Source of the DNA: Podarcis pityusensis
Lineage: Eukaryota
NCBI GenBank assembly: GCA_964106645.2
Contig: OZ067051.1
Length of the DNA stretch: 64,000 nt
Direction: 5' to 3' (one strand)
Shown here: positions 62,094-64,000 of the stretch, in pieces
Layout: every line of letters begins with the position of its first letter
How positions within the stretch are numbered: the first letter of the stretch is position 1
Made by a program: the position numbers and the translations under genes
The notes under the pieces: generated by a model
Seen by the model: the letters and a program-made list of their open reading frames with translations, nothing else
Database searches by the model: none
Told to the model about the DNA's origin: nothing

Positions 62094-63199
62094 AGCATCT
62101 ATAGCTAGTCAATTGCCAGAACTAAAATTTACAAGCTCCCCAATAAACTCTGCTTTCTCAATGTTCCCTCCCATTTTTGTTTCCATGGGAACAATAGATG
62201 ATGGATTGCCCAAAAATGTGACCTGAAGTTTTAAAATAATCAGTGCTTTGAACCAGTGATCATTATTAAGAAAGTCTCACATTCGGTGTCTAGTAGAGCA
62301 GGAGTCCTAAAGGAGGAGAAGGACAAGAATAAATGGCGGCTGGCAGCCAGCAACAGAGATTTTAGAGCACCGGCAGGCGTCATTTGGTACTAATCAAGAT
62401 AAACTGCTTCTTTCTCTAAAATCAAATGCAGACTTCAGTAGGATCAACCATCTTCCATTTTCATACATAAGATATAAAACCAGAGGTGTGAGTAAGAAGA
62501 ATCCATCAGACACAATGTTGATGAGGTGTTCCCAGTATGCATTTCTTTCAAACATACCACTGAACGTGCTTCCCCAAATCATTTCATTTTCCAGATTTAT
62601 AAATCGCTTAATAGCCAAAAACTATTGAAGCAGTGTACAATAGGAATCATGCATGAAAACAGTTCACAATGAAAAGCAAGCATCCTCTGCTTTCTCTTCA
62701 TAATAGCTAATGAGATGTAAAAGGACATTTAGCACTGCATGAGAAGTGAATGTATTGCTCTAATATCTGGGGTTTGGCCAGCTGAGGGTTATGGTCAGTG
62801 GGCCAAGTTGTGAGACACATACTTCGTTAGAGAAACTACAATCTGATAACTGGGTAATGGTGGGCACCCCGTTGCCTCTAGCAGGGGCAGGGGGAGCAGG
62901 AGAGCCAGCTGCGAGCAGAGAACAATATTCTGCAGTTTTGTGTCACAGACTGAAAAGGGGACAGAGATATAGAATGACAGGGAAAGAGAGCTGAGTTTGG
63001 GCTTTGTAAGCTAGCAGCACTGGCCATGTTGGGTTGGTCATCTTGCCCTGGAGATACAGTGCATTGCTTTTTCCACTCTACAATTTGAGTCTAATTAGAT
63101 TTAGAGTTCATTCTTTCAAGTTGTTAGACTACCTTTCCTGTTGGTCCTTTTCAATATCCTAAAACCTCCCTTACTTTTCCGGGGATGGAGAGACACTTT

Positions 63200-63272
63200 C
63201 TGAAGAATTGTGCATGCACACGAAAGCTCATACCAATAACAAACTTAGTTGGTCTCTAAGGTGCTACTGGAA
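63200..63272 (+). mobile_element. Penelope-like element terminus
   Basis: ctgaagaa...cacgaaagctca...ttagttggtctctaaggtgctactgg, a motif set I recall from reptile Penelope termini. A decayed relative lies at ~60160-60215. Confidence 0.65.
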
Positions 63273-63307
63273 GGATTTTTTTAAAAAAAATTCTTTCAGC
63301 TAGGTAT

Positions 63308-63943
63308 TAGGGTTGCCAGGTCAGGAGCACCGCAGGCCCTGAGATTTCAGAGCCCAAATTTGCGACTTAGGGGGTAGTCCTGGTGCTGTCCTTGGGGGTG
63401 GGCTCCAGTGACATCATTAAGTATGACATATTAAGCATTAACCAGTTTCTGAATATGTCCTTGAAATAAAAAAATGCAAAGTCTAGCAAATGAGCAAAGA
63501 GGTCACTAGTTAGAAATTAAGATAGAAGCCTTAGCTAAAGAATGTGTTCCCAGGTCCAGCTGAAGTGAGAGGACCTTTCTTGCTCACCTGCTTGTGAAGC
63601 CTGGGTAGGGAATATTTACCGTATTTTTCCATGTATAAGACTAGGTTTTTTTCCTTTAAAATAATGTCAAAAATTAGGGGGGCATCTTATACACGGGTCC
63701 ATCTTCCCCCATTTTCTGAAATCTAAATTCCCCCAAAATAGGGGCCGTCTTATAGATGGAAAAATACAGTAATCTACCCTACTTGCTTCTGGCCAGAAGG
63801 GTTTAAGCAACCAGCCTTATTAACATAAACAAAATTTAAAGGCACTTTCACCCATCTGCAGATTCAAGTCTTTCCGCTGCCAGCAGCAGAGGACCAGGCA
63901 AACCTGGAGACTTCAGGTTAGCCCTGCAGATCTGGCAACCCTG
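63308..63943. mobile_element. hAT-like non-autonomous element hosting a nested MITE
   Basis: TIRs tagggttgccag/ctggcaaccctg; TSD not evident. Confidence 0.65.
63619..63769. mobile_element. Tc1/mariner-type (Tc2-like) MITE, family B, nested
   Basis: TA-ccgtatttttccatgtataagac...gtcttatagatggaaaaatacag-TA. Confidence 0.9.
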
Positions 63944-64000
63944 AGTTCACAGAGGAGAAAAAAATGCTTTACCAGCTGCAGACAGAAGGTCAAGCATTAC

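Noticed and set aside
62394-62618. 74-aa minus-strand ORF with a hydrophobic stretch
   Set aside because: Non-ATG start; AT-rich DNA readily yields hydrophobic translations; no homologue recognised.

Overview
Vertebrate genomic DNA, almost certainly from a squamate (lizard), because it carries two Sauria SINEs, a BovB-type tail and typical reptile CR1/L2/MITE content; a lacertid is plausible but cannot be established from this window. No host protein-coding gene can be recognised, so the window reads as a large intron or intergenic region. The only long intact ORF is ORF2 of a young, 5'-truncated L2 LINE (~15221-18022). The rest is a fossil record of transposons: a decayed and internally deleted Ty1/copia element, CR1 and L1 fragments, several L2 3' ends, RTE/BovB, Rex1/Babar-like and Penelope-like termini, and many small DNA-transposon MITEs (Tc1/mariner-type with TA TSDs, hAT-type with 8-bp TSDs, PIF/Harbinger-type with a 3-bp TSD). 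Some insertions are nested, most clearly at 14.6-20.4 kb. Several microsatellites and a few TE-free AT-rich blocks (possible conserved non-coding elements) and candidate exons remain unexplained. I found no convincing previously undescribed biological system; the findings are leads of modest interest. Boundaries of decayed repeats are approximate, and family names come from recalled motifs, not database searches.
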